In this document: one piece after another, positions 8,407 to 14,818 of the stretch
Layout of the letters: the number at the start of each line of letters is the position of its first letter
Position numbering within the stretch: position 1 is the first letter of the stretch
DNA from: an uncultured virus (IMG/VR IMGVR_UViG_3300037067_001926)
Lineage: Duplodnaviria > Heunggongvirae > Uroviricota > Caudoviricetes
Virus record (IMG/VR): IMGVR_UViG_3300037067_001926
Strand: one strand, 5' to 3'
DNA length: 20,000 nt
Notes under the pieces: generated by a model
The model's database searches: none
Told to the model about the DNA's origin: nothing
Seen by the model: the letters and a program-made list of their open reading frames with translations, nothing else
Position numbers and translations under genes: made by a program

Positions 8407-9375
8407 CTAGAAGCTCGCACTCGTGAGCTTGAACATGGTACGGGGGTTAGGCACCACGATGTTGCACCCCACCAACCATTGCCCGGCCACGTCGATGCCG
8501 CCCTGGGATTCCTTGAACCCCGTGAAGCCCCACTGCCACTTCGGGTTCTGGCTGAAGTACCACTCGATGTAGTTGGTGTTCAGGCCGAACATCCTGCCGT
8601 TCGTCCCGGTAGGCATGTACCTGTCGATCACGACCTCAGCAGCGTTGAACCGGAAGGTCTGGAAACCGACCTTGGCCAGATCGCTCTGCGGATCCTGATA
8701 GCGCTGGAGGTGCTGGGTAGCGTTCCAGATCAGGTTCCAGCCATTGACCGTCGCGGGGATCAGGTCCACATGCTCGTTCCCGTAATACGCGTGTGTATAC
8801 GCTGTATTAAGGGATTGGAGCGTGAAGCTGGTAACCGCGTTGGTGTAGGAGTTCAGCCCGCCTACCGTACCGACAGCCATGATGTCGCTGCGCGTGATTC
8901 CGCCGATCGTAGCGTACGTGTTGCCGTCGTCGATCCACTGCTCGAACCCGGTCAGCTCCTTGGCCCGAGCGCCAGTGTCCTGCAAGTACATAGCGGTAGC
9001 CAGCTTCTTGGCCATCGTCATGCCAGCCGCCTGGAAGCCGAGTTCCACTTGGCTGAAGAATGAGAAAGGCCCCTCGTTAATCATGCTGTCCCAGCCGTAC
9101 AGACTGAGGTTGACGAGATACCCTTTCATGTTTACGCGGAGTGCCGTTGCGATGGGGACGTAGTCCAGCACCGCGCCCTCTCCGCGGCCGATCGCCCCAC
9201 CGTTTAACTCACCGTGGATGATCGGACGCCGAATTGCTAGACCACCCAGGAACTTGTCCTGGTTCCTGGTATGCAGCCGCACAAAGACCGGCGAGTTCAG
9301 ATAGACGACTTCAGTCGCCTTCTTGACGAACATGTCGGTGCTATACGCGGTTAAATCTTCGTATGGAAGTGCCAT
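8407..9375 (-). CDS. Major capsid protein (podovirus-type, HK97 fold), 322 aa
   Basis: Size, position after the scaffold, and motifs NSPVFVRL, GGLAIRRPI, LTGFEQW..D, YATIGGITRS, VGFQTFRFNAAEVVID, MFGLNTNYI; GGAGG SD. Confidence 0.9.
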   Translation of the reverse strand: MALPYEDLTAYSTDMFVKKATEVVYLNSPVFVRLHTRNQDKFLGGLAIRRPIIHGELNGGAIGRGEGAVLDYVPIATALRVNMKGYLVNLSLYGWDSMINEGPFSFFSQVELGFQAAGMTMAKKLATAMYLQDTGARAKELTGFEQWIDDGNTYATIGGITRSDIMAVGTVGGLNSYTNAVTSFTLQSLNTAYTHAYYGNEHVDLIPATVNGWNLIWNATQHLQRYQDPQSDLAKVGFQTFRFNAAEVVIDRYMPTGTNGRMFGLNTNYIEWYFSQNPKWQWGFTGFKESQGGIDVAGQWLVGCNIVVPNPRTMFKLTSASF

Positions 9376-9396
9376 CGCCTATCCTCCGTCGCTTAA

Positions 9397-10245
9397 CTAC
9401 TGAACCTTAGCTGCGTGATCCGCCCTGAATTTGTCGAACACCGCCTGCGCAGTCTTCATATCCCCCAGCTTCGCAGTCTTGACCGCTTCGGGTAGATCCG
9501 TCGGCGTCGAGCCTTCGGGCATCCGGCCGTTGTCGAGCTGCCCCAGATACGGAGCCGGCCCGCCCAAGAGACTTGGGTTTCCGCTTGCCGACATCGCCAA
9601 CTCCTGCCTGACCTTCTCTTCTCCACGCTTCTCAGCCGCCGCCAGCTCTTCCTGGTGCTTGGCCTCAGCCGCTGCCCTATCAGCAGCCGCCTTCTCGGCC
9701 CGCCGGGGGGCCATCATCTCGTTCCATGCCTTCTCGGGGTCGTAAATGCCGTGTTCGCTCCCGTACTTCAAGACAGCACCGAGATCCAACTTCTCGCCGA
9801 ACTCCTCCTTGTGCAGCAGGGGGAGAGGTGCGCCCTTCACGAACGCATTCTCGAACCCGGCTGCCAACGTGTTCAGGCTCTTGTTGTGATCCTCAACTGA
9901 GATGAACCCCTTGGTCCGCTCTGCGAGGGCGGCATCAATGTCTTGCTTCGTGGCGACGAAGCCTTCCTTCTGCAACTGTTCCTTGATCTGATCGAACGTC
10001 ATCTCCGTGGCTCCTGCGGCTTCCATCTGTGCTACACGTTCCCTAAGGGCGACCGTCTCCTTGGTGGTTCCAGCGCTGTCGTCGAAATGCTCCTTGCGCC
10101 AGTCTTCCCACCCGGTCAACCGCGTGTCCGCATCCGCGTACGCGGTTTCCAGCTTAGTGACGGTGTCCTTGAGTTGGGGGTATTTTGCGATTACAGCCTT
10201 GTCCTCGTCCGTGACTCCTTCGAGGATCTGGTCAAAGATCGACAT
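9397..10245 (-). CDS. Capsid scaffolding protein, 282 aa
   Basis: Helical, Glu/Lys/Ala-rich, with a low-complexity linker and short C-terminal helix; immediately upstream of the capsid gene. Confidence 0.75.
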   Translation of the reverse strand: MSIFDQILEGVTDEDKAVIAKYPQLKDTVTKLETAYADADTRLTGWEDWRKEHFDDSAGTTKETVALRERVAQMEAAGATEMTFDQIKEQLQKEGFVATKQDIDAALAERTKGFISVEDHNKSLNTLAAGFENAFVKGAPLPLLHKEEFGEKLDLGAVLKYGSEHGIYDPEKAWNEMMAPRRAEKAAADRAAAEAKHQEELAAAEKRGEEKVRQELAMSASGNPSLLGGPAPYLGQLDNGRMPEGSTPTDLPEAVKTAKLGDMKTAQAVFDKFRADHAAKVQ

Positions 10246-10457
10246 AAGCTCCTTACTGTCCTACCGACGGCGGGACAGCCGCCGCAGTTTTGCTAGTACC
10301 ACCGGCAAGGGGGGCTAGAAGCCCCTTAAGGTAGGGGTTGGCGTTCTTGGTTAACTGCACCATATCCGCCACCCATTGTTCGAGTTTTTGCAGCTTGGCT
10401 TCGAAAATCAGCACAACAAGCTCCTTACTGTCCTACCGACGGCGGGACAGCCGCCGC
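10246..10457. repeat. Perfect 40-bp direct repeat (10246-10285 and 10418-10457)
   Basis: AAGCTCCTTACTGTCCTACCGACGGCGGGACAGCCGCCGC occurs twice, 172 bp apart. Confidence 0.97.
10253..10414 (-). CDS. 53-aa mini-paralogue of the 124-aa protein (not in the ORF track)
   Basis: GTG 6 nt after AAGGAG; translates (M)LIFEAKLQKLEQWVADMVQLTKNANPYLKGLLAPLAGGTSKTAAAVPPSVGQ*, homologous to LEAKLRELEQWMADMLSLTNRVHPPLKALLVPMA and ending in the same AAAVPPSVGQ. Confidence 0.75.
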   Translation of the reverse strand: MLIFEAKLQKLEQWVADMVQLTKNANPYLKGLLAPLAGGTSKTAAAVPPSVGQ

Positions 10458-10799
10458 GGCGGGGGTCATGCTCTCGGCCCCGCCCATCATCGGGCTGGGC
10501 TCTTGAGTCCGTTGTCGCAATTCCGCGATCTCGGCCTCGAATGCTTTCCCAATGTTGGCCATGGGGACCAGGAGCGCCTTCAACGGGGGATGAACTCGAT
10601 TGGTGAGGGACAGCATATCTGCCATCCATTGTTCGAGTTCCCTTAGCTTTGCTTCCAACATGCTGACGGGGTCGACCATCGACGGGATGATCGAACGGCC
10701 CATCTGCATCATGGTTGGCTCAGGAGGAGTCGGCTCAGGGGCCGGCTGGCGAACCTCAGGAGGAACCATCGGAGTCGGGGCTTGTGGATAGGCACCCAC
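10425..10799 (-). CDS. Pro/Met-rich pre-scaffold protein with a helical core, 124 aa
   Basis: GTG start with GGAGG upstream; sits in the head operon. Confidence 0.75.
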   Translation of the reverse strand: MGAYPQAPTPMVPPEVRQPAPEPTPPEPTMMQMGRSIIPSMVDPVSMLEAKLRELEQWMADMLSLTNRVHPPLKALLVPMANIGKAFEAEIAELRQRTQEPSPMMGGAESMTPAAAAVPPSVGQ

Positions 10800-10803
10800 T
10801 CGG

Positions 10804-11091
10804 TTAACGCCTCCCTGGCTTGCTCTGCTCCGCTGTGCGGCTGCTCATCGTGAGTGACGCCGCGTTGCCCAAGCCCTTGATGGGGTTCATCCCCAAGGTC
10901 ACACTGTCACCAGTGGACTGGACTTCTCCGCCTTTCCAAGCGGCAGGGGCAGGCGGAACTGGGGAGTGGCCAAGAGGGATGGAGTCTCCGGTGATCTGGA
11001 ACTCGGTACCCTGCGGGCCGGAACCCGGCTCAGCCGTAGCTGGTCCGAAACCTACCGGAAGACTGTCACCTGTCTTCTCAATTTCTGCCAT
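10804..11091 (-). CDS. Hypothetical protein with three TGDS-x-x-x-G-x-x-P repeats, 95 aa
   Basis: GGAGG SD; repeats TGDSLPVGFGP / TGDSIPLGHSP / TGDSVTLGMNP. Confidence 0.8.
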   Translation of the reverse strand: MAEIEKTGDSLPVGFGPATAEPGSGPQGTEFQITGDSIPLGHSPVPPAPAAWKGGEVQSTGDSVTLGMNPIKGLGNAASLTMSSRTAEQSKPGRR

Positions 11092-11102
11092 TCTAGTCCT
11101 CC

Positions 11103-11163
11103 GAAGCGGGCAGTACCTCCCGCTTCAATAACGACACTAAACGATTGGCAGGAATTGCGTCAA
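11103..11163 (-). promoter_or_regulatory. Putative sigma70-type promoter of the head operon with a 5' leader hairpin
   Basis: TTGACG (11163-11158)-18 nt-TAGTGT (11139-11134); 7 nt later an 8-bp hairpin GAAGCGGG/CCCGCTTC abuts the GGAGG SD. Confidence 0.5.
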
Positions 11164-11266
11164 TATGAAGTCAAGTGGTTTGTTGAAGTTGACGCGATGA
11201 AGTGATGGAAAGGATTAGATTCACGGCTGGATGGTGTTGACACTGCTGGTGCGGGGCTTCAGGCGG

Positions 11267-11283
11267 CGTCCGCCGGGCGGACG
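11267..11283 (-). other. GC-rich hairpin just 3' of the last tRNA
   Basis: CGTCCGC-N3-GCGGACG; no U tract, so not called a terminator. Confidence 0.4.
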
Positions 11284-11286
11284 GTT

Positions 11287-11375
11287 TGGAGGAGGGTGGA
11301 GGAATCGAACCCCCACGGTTCATCGCCGTGCCTCCGGGTTCGGACCGGATTGCCGACCATTCAGCGGCACCCTCC
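11287..11375 (-). tRNA. tRNA-Ser(CGA), long variable arm, atypical (8/4-compatible)
   Basis: GGAGGGTG/CACCCTCC acceptor, TCCGG-TCCGAAC-CCGGA anticodon arm, CACGG/CCGTG variable arm, GTTCGATTC T-loop, encoded CCA. Confidence 0.85.
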
Positions 11376-11380
11376 TATAG

Positions 11381-11454
11381 TGGCTGGAGCGCCAAGAGTC
11401 GAACTTGGGTGGCTCGGTTCAAAGCCGAGTGCCTGACCGTTCGGCCACGCTCCA
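11381..11454 (-). tRNA. tRNA-Gln(UUG)
   Basis: TGGAGCG/CGCTCCA acceptor (U1-A72), CTCGG-CTTTGAA-CCGAG, GTTCGAC, GCCA end. Confidence 0.95.
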
Positions 11455-11455
11455 G

Positions 11456-11531
11456 TGGAAGGGCGGGTAGGATTTGAACCTACGATCATCCGGGTCAGAG
11501 CCGGAGGTCTTGGCCGCTAAACGACCGCCCC
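11456..11531 (-). tRNA. tRNA with CUG (Gln) anticodon, atypical acceptor end
   Basis: GGGGCGG/CCGCCCT acceptor, TCCGG-CTCTGAC-CCGGA, GTAGG-TTCAAAT-CCTAC, TCCA end. Confidence 0.9.
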
Positions 11532-11532
11532 G

Positions 11533-11607
11533 TGGCACCAGCCGCGAGGGTCGAACTCGCTATGGACCAGTTTTGGAGACTGTCCGCCTGCCGTTGGCGT
11601 GGCTGGT
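11533..11607 (-). tRNA. tRNA-Trp(CCA), atypical D-arm linker
   Basis: ACCAGCC/GGCTGGT acceptor, CAGT-CTCCAAA-ACTG, GCGAG-TTCGACC-CTCGC, GCCA end. Confidence 0.85.
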
Positions 11608-11611
11608 GAAT

Positions 11612-11688
11612 TGGTCGGGACGGCTGGATTCGGACCAGCGGCCCCCTGTTCCCAAAACAGGTGCGCTACCAGACTGCGCTACGCCCCG
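11612..11688 (-). tRNA. tRNA-Pro(UGG)
   Basis: CGGGGCG/CGTCCCG acceptor, TAGCGCAGTCTGGTAGCGC D-arm, CCTGT-TTTGGGA-ACAGG, ACCA end; T-loop reads TCCGAAT. Confidence 0.93.
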
Positions 11689-11793
11689 ACTGCAATTCTC
11701 TTTACCGCTTCGCGGGCCGTTGAAATATTCCCGCCAGGATTTTAACGGGCGATCCGCCAGAGGAGAGGACCGCCCGCCGACCCCGATCGACTA

Positions 11794-11867
11794 TGGTTGC
11801 GGGGCTCGGACTTGAACCGAGACCTTTGCGTTATGAGCGCAACGAGGTGCCATTCCTCCACCCCGCT
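11794..11867 (-). tRNA. tRNA-Met(CAU), initiator-like
   Basis: AGCGGGG/CCCCGCA acceptor with a 1-72 mismatch, A11-U24, TTGCG-CTCATAA-CGCAA, ACCA end. Confidence 0.9.
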
Positions 11868-11873
11868 ACAAGG

Positions 11874-11902
11874 ATTATGCCATGGGCTTGAGTCGAAGGC
11901 AA
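11874..11902 (-). promoter_or_regulatory. Putative sigma70 promoter for the fMet-to-Ser tRNA run
   Basis: TTGCCT-17 nt-CATAAT with an extended -10 TG; 6 nt from the -10 to tRNA nucleotide 1. Confidence 0.65.
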
Positions 11903-11911
11903 GATCAAAAG

Positions 11912-11986
11912 TGGTGGCCCCGGCGAGATTCGAACTCGCATCGGCGGAGTGAAAGTCCGCTATCCTGCCTGCTAGAAGACAGGGCC
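11912..11986 (-). tRNA. tRNA-Glu(UUC)
   Basis: GGCCCTG/CGGGGCC acceptor, GCGGA-CTTTCAC-TCCGC, GCGAG-TTCGAAT-CTCGC, ACCA end. Confidence 0.93.
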
Positions 11987-11993
11987 ATTGAAC

Positions 11994-12087
11994 TACCGCT
12001 TACGCGGCCGTGGGCGGGGAGCGGATTTCCGTTTCCGTTTGGGCTTGCGCATCCAAACAAGTGGCTTCCGGTAAATCTGCTCCCACG
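11994..12087 (-). ncRNA. Candidate structured RNA of unknown class in the tRNA-Glu leader
   Basis: Nested stems GGGAGC-AGATTT/AAATC-C-GCTCCC and GTTTGG/CCAAAC capped by GC-GCAA-GC, then CCGC-GTAA-GCGG (two GNRA loops). Confidence 0.4.
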
Positions 12088-12090
12088 AGA

Positions 12091-12759
12091 TCATTTCCAC
12101 TCCGGCGCGTTGCAGATCCATTCCGTGCCGGCCGCGGGAGCCTCGAATCTGGCTGGCGGAGTGTCCCACTTCTCGATCACTGCCACATGCGCATACACAT
12201 TGATCGACTTCACCATCCTTTGGAAGGGAGTCAGACCCATCGCCAGCATGTCCGTAGCGTGGATGTCGACGTTCGCGTGGAGGTCCGAGGAGAGCTTCCC
12301 GATCTTGTCCCCAAAGGGGTTGTCTTTACCGAGGATGTCCTCGCAGATGTAGACCCCGCCAGGGGAGAGGTGAGGGAGGATCTTGTCCAGCGTCACGCTC
12401 TGCTGGCCAGGGGTGTGCCCGCCATCGTCAATGAGCACATCGAGCTTCGGAACCAGCGTCTTGAACCAGTCCCAGAAGCGCGGCTCGCCCTGATCCCCGA
12501 TGTAGACCTTGGTCCAATCGTTCTCGTAGCGGGCGCACGCCGGCTGAATGTCAATGCCGTGGACCGTACAGCCTTGACCAAAGTAGTCCCGCCACATCCC
12601 AAGGCTGCCACCACTGTAGATCCCAACCTCAGCCACGTCTACGGCCGTGCCGCGGAACTTGGATAGGTGCCTATCGTAGATTTCGAAGTAGTGACGCCAT
12701 TTCCAAATCCCTGGTCCTGTGGTGTGCGCGTTGAAGTAGTCTTCCAGAGGGTTGCTCAT
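12091..12759 (-). CDS. Class I SAM-dependent methyltransferase, sugar O-methyltransferase-like, 222 aa
   Basis: KWRHYFEIYDRH, EVGIYSGGSLGMWRDYF, GIDI, IGDQ, DVLIDDGGH, LSPGGVYICED. Confidence 0.9.
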   Translation of the reverse strand: MSNPLEDYFNAHTTGPGIWKWRHYFEIYDRHLSKFRGTAVDVAEVGIYSGGSLGMWRDYFGQGCTVHGIDIQPACARYENDWTKVYIGDQGEPRFWDWFKTLVPKLDVLIDDGGHTPGQQSVTLDKILPHLSPGGVYICEDILGKDNPFGDKIGKLSSDLHANVDIHATDMLAMGLTPFQRMVKSINVYAHVAVIEKWDTPPARFEAPAAGTEWICNAPEWK

Positions 12760-13031
12760 TTGCCCTTCTTTGCGTAGAACTCCAAGTGAATCTTATTGAC
12801 GGGGAGAGGTTCGCCTGATTTCTTGCACCGCTTGATGAACTCACGCTCTGCGTAGTTCGGACGTCCTACGGTCACAACCATCTCCGTGGTTCGATCACTC
12901 TTGCGTGGCTTGTGCCGCCGAGTAGCCTTGACCACTTCGGTTGGGCTGATATACCTCGTAGCCCGTCGAGCGCCGCGCATAAGCATAAGCTCAATCACAT
13001 CACCGCAAACTCCGCCTGTCCCGTATATCAT
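12756..13031 (-). CDS. Basic hypothetical protein, 91 aa (start revised to ATG 13031)
   Basis: ATGA overlaps at both ends; AGGAG SD 7 nt before the ATG. Confidence 0.7.
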   Translation of the reverse strand: MIYGTGGVCGDVIELMLMRGARRATRYISPTEVVKATRRHKPRKSDRTTEMVVTVGRPNYAEREFIKRCKKSGEPLPVNKIHLEFYAKKGK

Positions 13032-14818
13032 CTCGCTTCTCCTTTCCCGCCCGCTTGGCGGACGGCCCACACGCTTGGCCAGCTCTCACCCTTCTCCTGG
13101 TGGAAGTCTGGCAACAACTCCGTCCTGAATCCCAAGTCGATGAAATCTGATTCCTGCCAGAGCGATACGTGGTCCTGGCTTGGGATGTCCTCCTCCACGC
13201 CTTCGCGGTGGTTCTGCAAGGTCTTCTCCAAAGGACCGAAGACCACCACTTTGTTCTTGCACCGCTCCAGCAGCGCCAGTGCATCGTCCTTGGGTATATG
13301 CTCCAGCACGTCTGCCAGAAGAACTACGTCGTAATCCTCTACCGGGAAGCTCCTCACGTCGGCGCAATAAAAGTTCACTTTCTTCGATACCCAGAACTTC
13401 CGCTTCGCCTTGTCGATGTACGGCTGGTAGACCTCAACGTGGTCCAACTGAGCGCACTGCAAAGCAGGGAGTTGAATGGCCAGCCCGCTCTCCCCCGGCC
13501 CTATCCCTACGTTGAGAACTTTCTTGTCAGCTACGTCACCCAGCCTCGGCCGGAGGTCTACGCAGGGGTGAACCTGCGGGTAGCCCCAGCTCACCATGAA
13601 GTGATGGTAGGCCACCGTCTGATCCGTGAACCGCTCCCACTTGTCCTGGTGGTTGTACGGCGTGAACACGTCTGAATTGTAGAGCTTAACCCCATGCTCA
13701 GCCGGGCCCATCCCATAGATGGTTTCTGTGAGGACTTGCACTGAACTCTCGAAGTTCTTGTCATCATCTCCGCGGAACTTGGTCTGCACGATCTGGAGGC
13801 ATTGTCCGAGGACTGGGTGCTTGGGCTCAGCCCCAATGACACCGTTCCCGACCCAGCCATTCCACTCCAAGCCGGCGAACAGGCGATCGGTCCTGAACTC
13901 GTCAGGGATTGGCTTCAGAAGCTCCACGTCAGCGTCGAAGTAGACACCACCATAGTTGTACAGGTAGAACAGCTTGAAGAAGTCGACAGCCTTGACCCAC
14001 CGCTTCGCGGCCAAGGCAGCCTCCACGTATGCGATCCCTCTGGGGATGTCTTCCAAGGTGACTACCTTGTACTCCCATCCTTTGGTGAACTCCCGCTGCG
14101 ATGCGATGCAGTTCTCAACGAGCGGAGGCATAGGCGTGTCACCAAGCCAGAAGGTGAACGCTTTGCGGGGGATGCGCGGCCGGCTGAAGTTCTGGCGAAT
14201 GGGGAATCCGAACTCTTTGCTGCGAGCCTCCAGGAGAGCCCGGTCACGAGCGTTGCTCTCAGGATCATACGCTAAGCGGTATACCGGGTCGGTATTCACG
14301 TCTTCCGGTTTGAACCCAGTCTGGATCGGATGATCGTGGTAGACTTTGGCCTCTTCGCAGAAGACGTACTTGTTGGCTTGGCGGCAACGCTCAGTTAACT
14401 CGCTGTCGCAGCAGATATGCTTGTACCCTGGGTGGAAGAAGTTGCCACCAAGCATAGGCAGTAGCTTCCTCGATCCGACCCAATGTAGAGCCAGTTCACC
14501 ATGCCAGTACCCATCCGCCAGCCCAATTAGCCCATCCATCTCCGGGAACCACTTCTGCATGGCCTCCATCGCAATTCGGAGCCAGCCTTGCTGTGGCACA
14601 CAATCGTTCCCAGTGAATGCTACGAAGTCGCCCTTAGCTTCTGCTACGCACTCGGAGAGTACCGTTGGACATCCAAGGTTGAAGGGTGGCCACTCGTCAT
14701 ACTTCACGATTACTTCGTGTGGCCACTCGGCAGTTTCAGGGATCAGCTTCAGGAGCCGGTCCAGCTTCTCAGGTCGACCGAGGCTGGGGACACAGACGCT
14801 GACGAGGGGCTTGTCCAT
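13028..14818 (-). CDS. Multidomain GT2-like + GT32 (DXD) glycosyltransferase + SAM methyltransferase, 596 aa
   Basis: VSVCVPSLGR...AKGDFVAFTGND...DSELTER (GT2-like); IPRKAFTFWLG...LYNYGGVYFDADVE (GT32); KVLNVGIGPG...YDVVLLADVLEH (methyltransferase). Confidence 0.85.
   Translation of the reverse strand: MDKPLVSVCVPSLGRPEKLDRLLKLIPETAEWPHEVIVKYDEWPPFNLGCPTVLSECVAEAKGDFVAFTGNDCVPQQGWLRIAMEAMQKWFPEMDGLIGLADGYWHGELALHWVGSRKLLPMLGGNFFHPGYKHICCDSELTERCRQANKYVFCEEAKVYHDHPIQTGFKPEDVNTDPVYRLAYDPESNARDRALLEARSKEFGFPIRQNFSRPRIPRKAFTFWLGDTPMPPLVENCIASQREFTKGWEYKVVTLEDIPRGIAYVEAALAAKRWVKAVDFFKLFYLYNYGGVYFDADVELLKPIPDEFRTDRLFAGLEWNGWVGNGVIGAEPKHPVLGQCLQIVQTKFRGDDDKNFESSVQVLTETIYGMGPAEHGVKLYNSDVFTPYNHQDKWERFTDQTVAYHHFMVSWGYPQVHPCVDLRPRLGDVADKKVLNVGIGPGESGLAIQLPALQCAQLDHVEVYQPYIDKAKRKFWVSKKVNFYCADVRSFPVEDYDVVLLADVLEHIPKDDALALLERCKNKVVVFGPLEKTLQNHREGVEEDIPSQDHVSLWQESDFIDLGFRTELLPDFHQEKGESWPSVWAVRQAGGKGEAR

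Noticed and set aside
7966..9063. 365-aa plus-strand ORF and other long antisense ORFs
   Set aside because: They overlap well-supported minus-strand genes; expected in GC-rich coding DNA.
10246..10457. CRISPR mini-array
   Set aside because: Only two repeats, a 132-bp protein-coding interval, and the repeat itself is coding sequence plus SD; no cas genes.
10253..10665. Diversity-generating retroelement template/variable repeat pair
   Set aside because: Differences between the two copies involve all bases, not only adenines, and no reverse transcriptase is present in the window.
11189..11221. Rightward promoter from TTGACG
   Set aside because: No acceptable -10 at 16-18 nt and no plus-strand gene downstream.
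11689..11793. Theta/HDV-like, pistol or hammerhead ribozyme after tRNA-fMet
   Set aside because: Could not build the required nested pseudoknot or find the conserved cores by eye, despite a TCCTC-containing loop; kept only as an unknown structure.
11287..11986. Stop-codon reassignment or suppressor/Sec tRNAs
   Set aside because: Anticodons are CGA, UUG, CUG, CCA, UGG, CAU and UUC; none reads a stop, and TAA, TAG and TGA all end tightly packed genes.
11287..11986. tRNAs supplied to translate the GYT repeats
   Set aside because: No Gly, Tyr or Thr tRNA is in this cluster.
11286..12352. Plus-strand ORFs over the tRNA cluster
   Set aside because: Antisense shadows of tRNA genes with no protein features.
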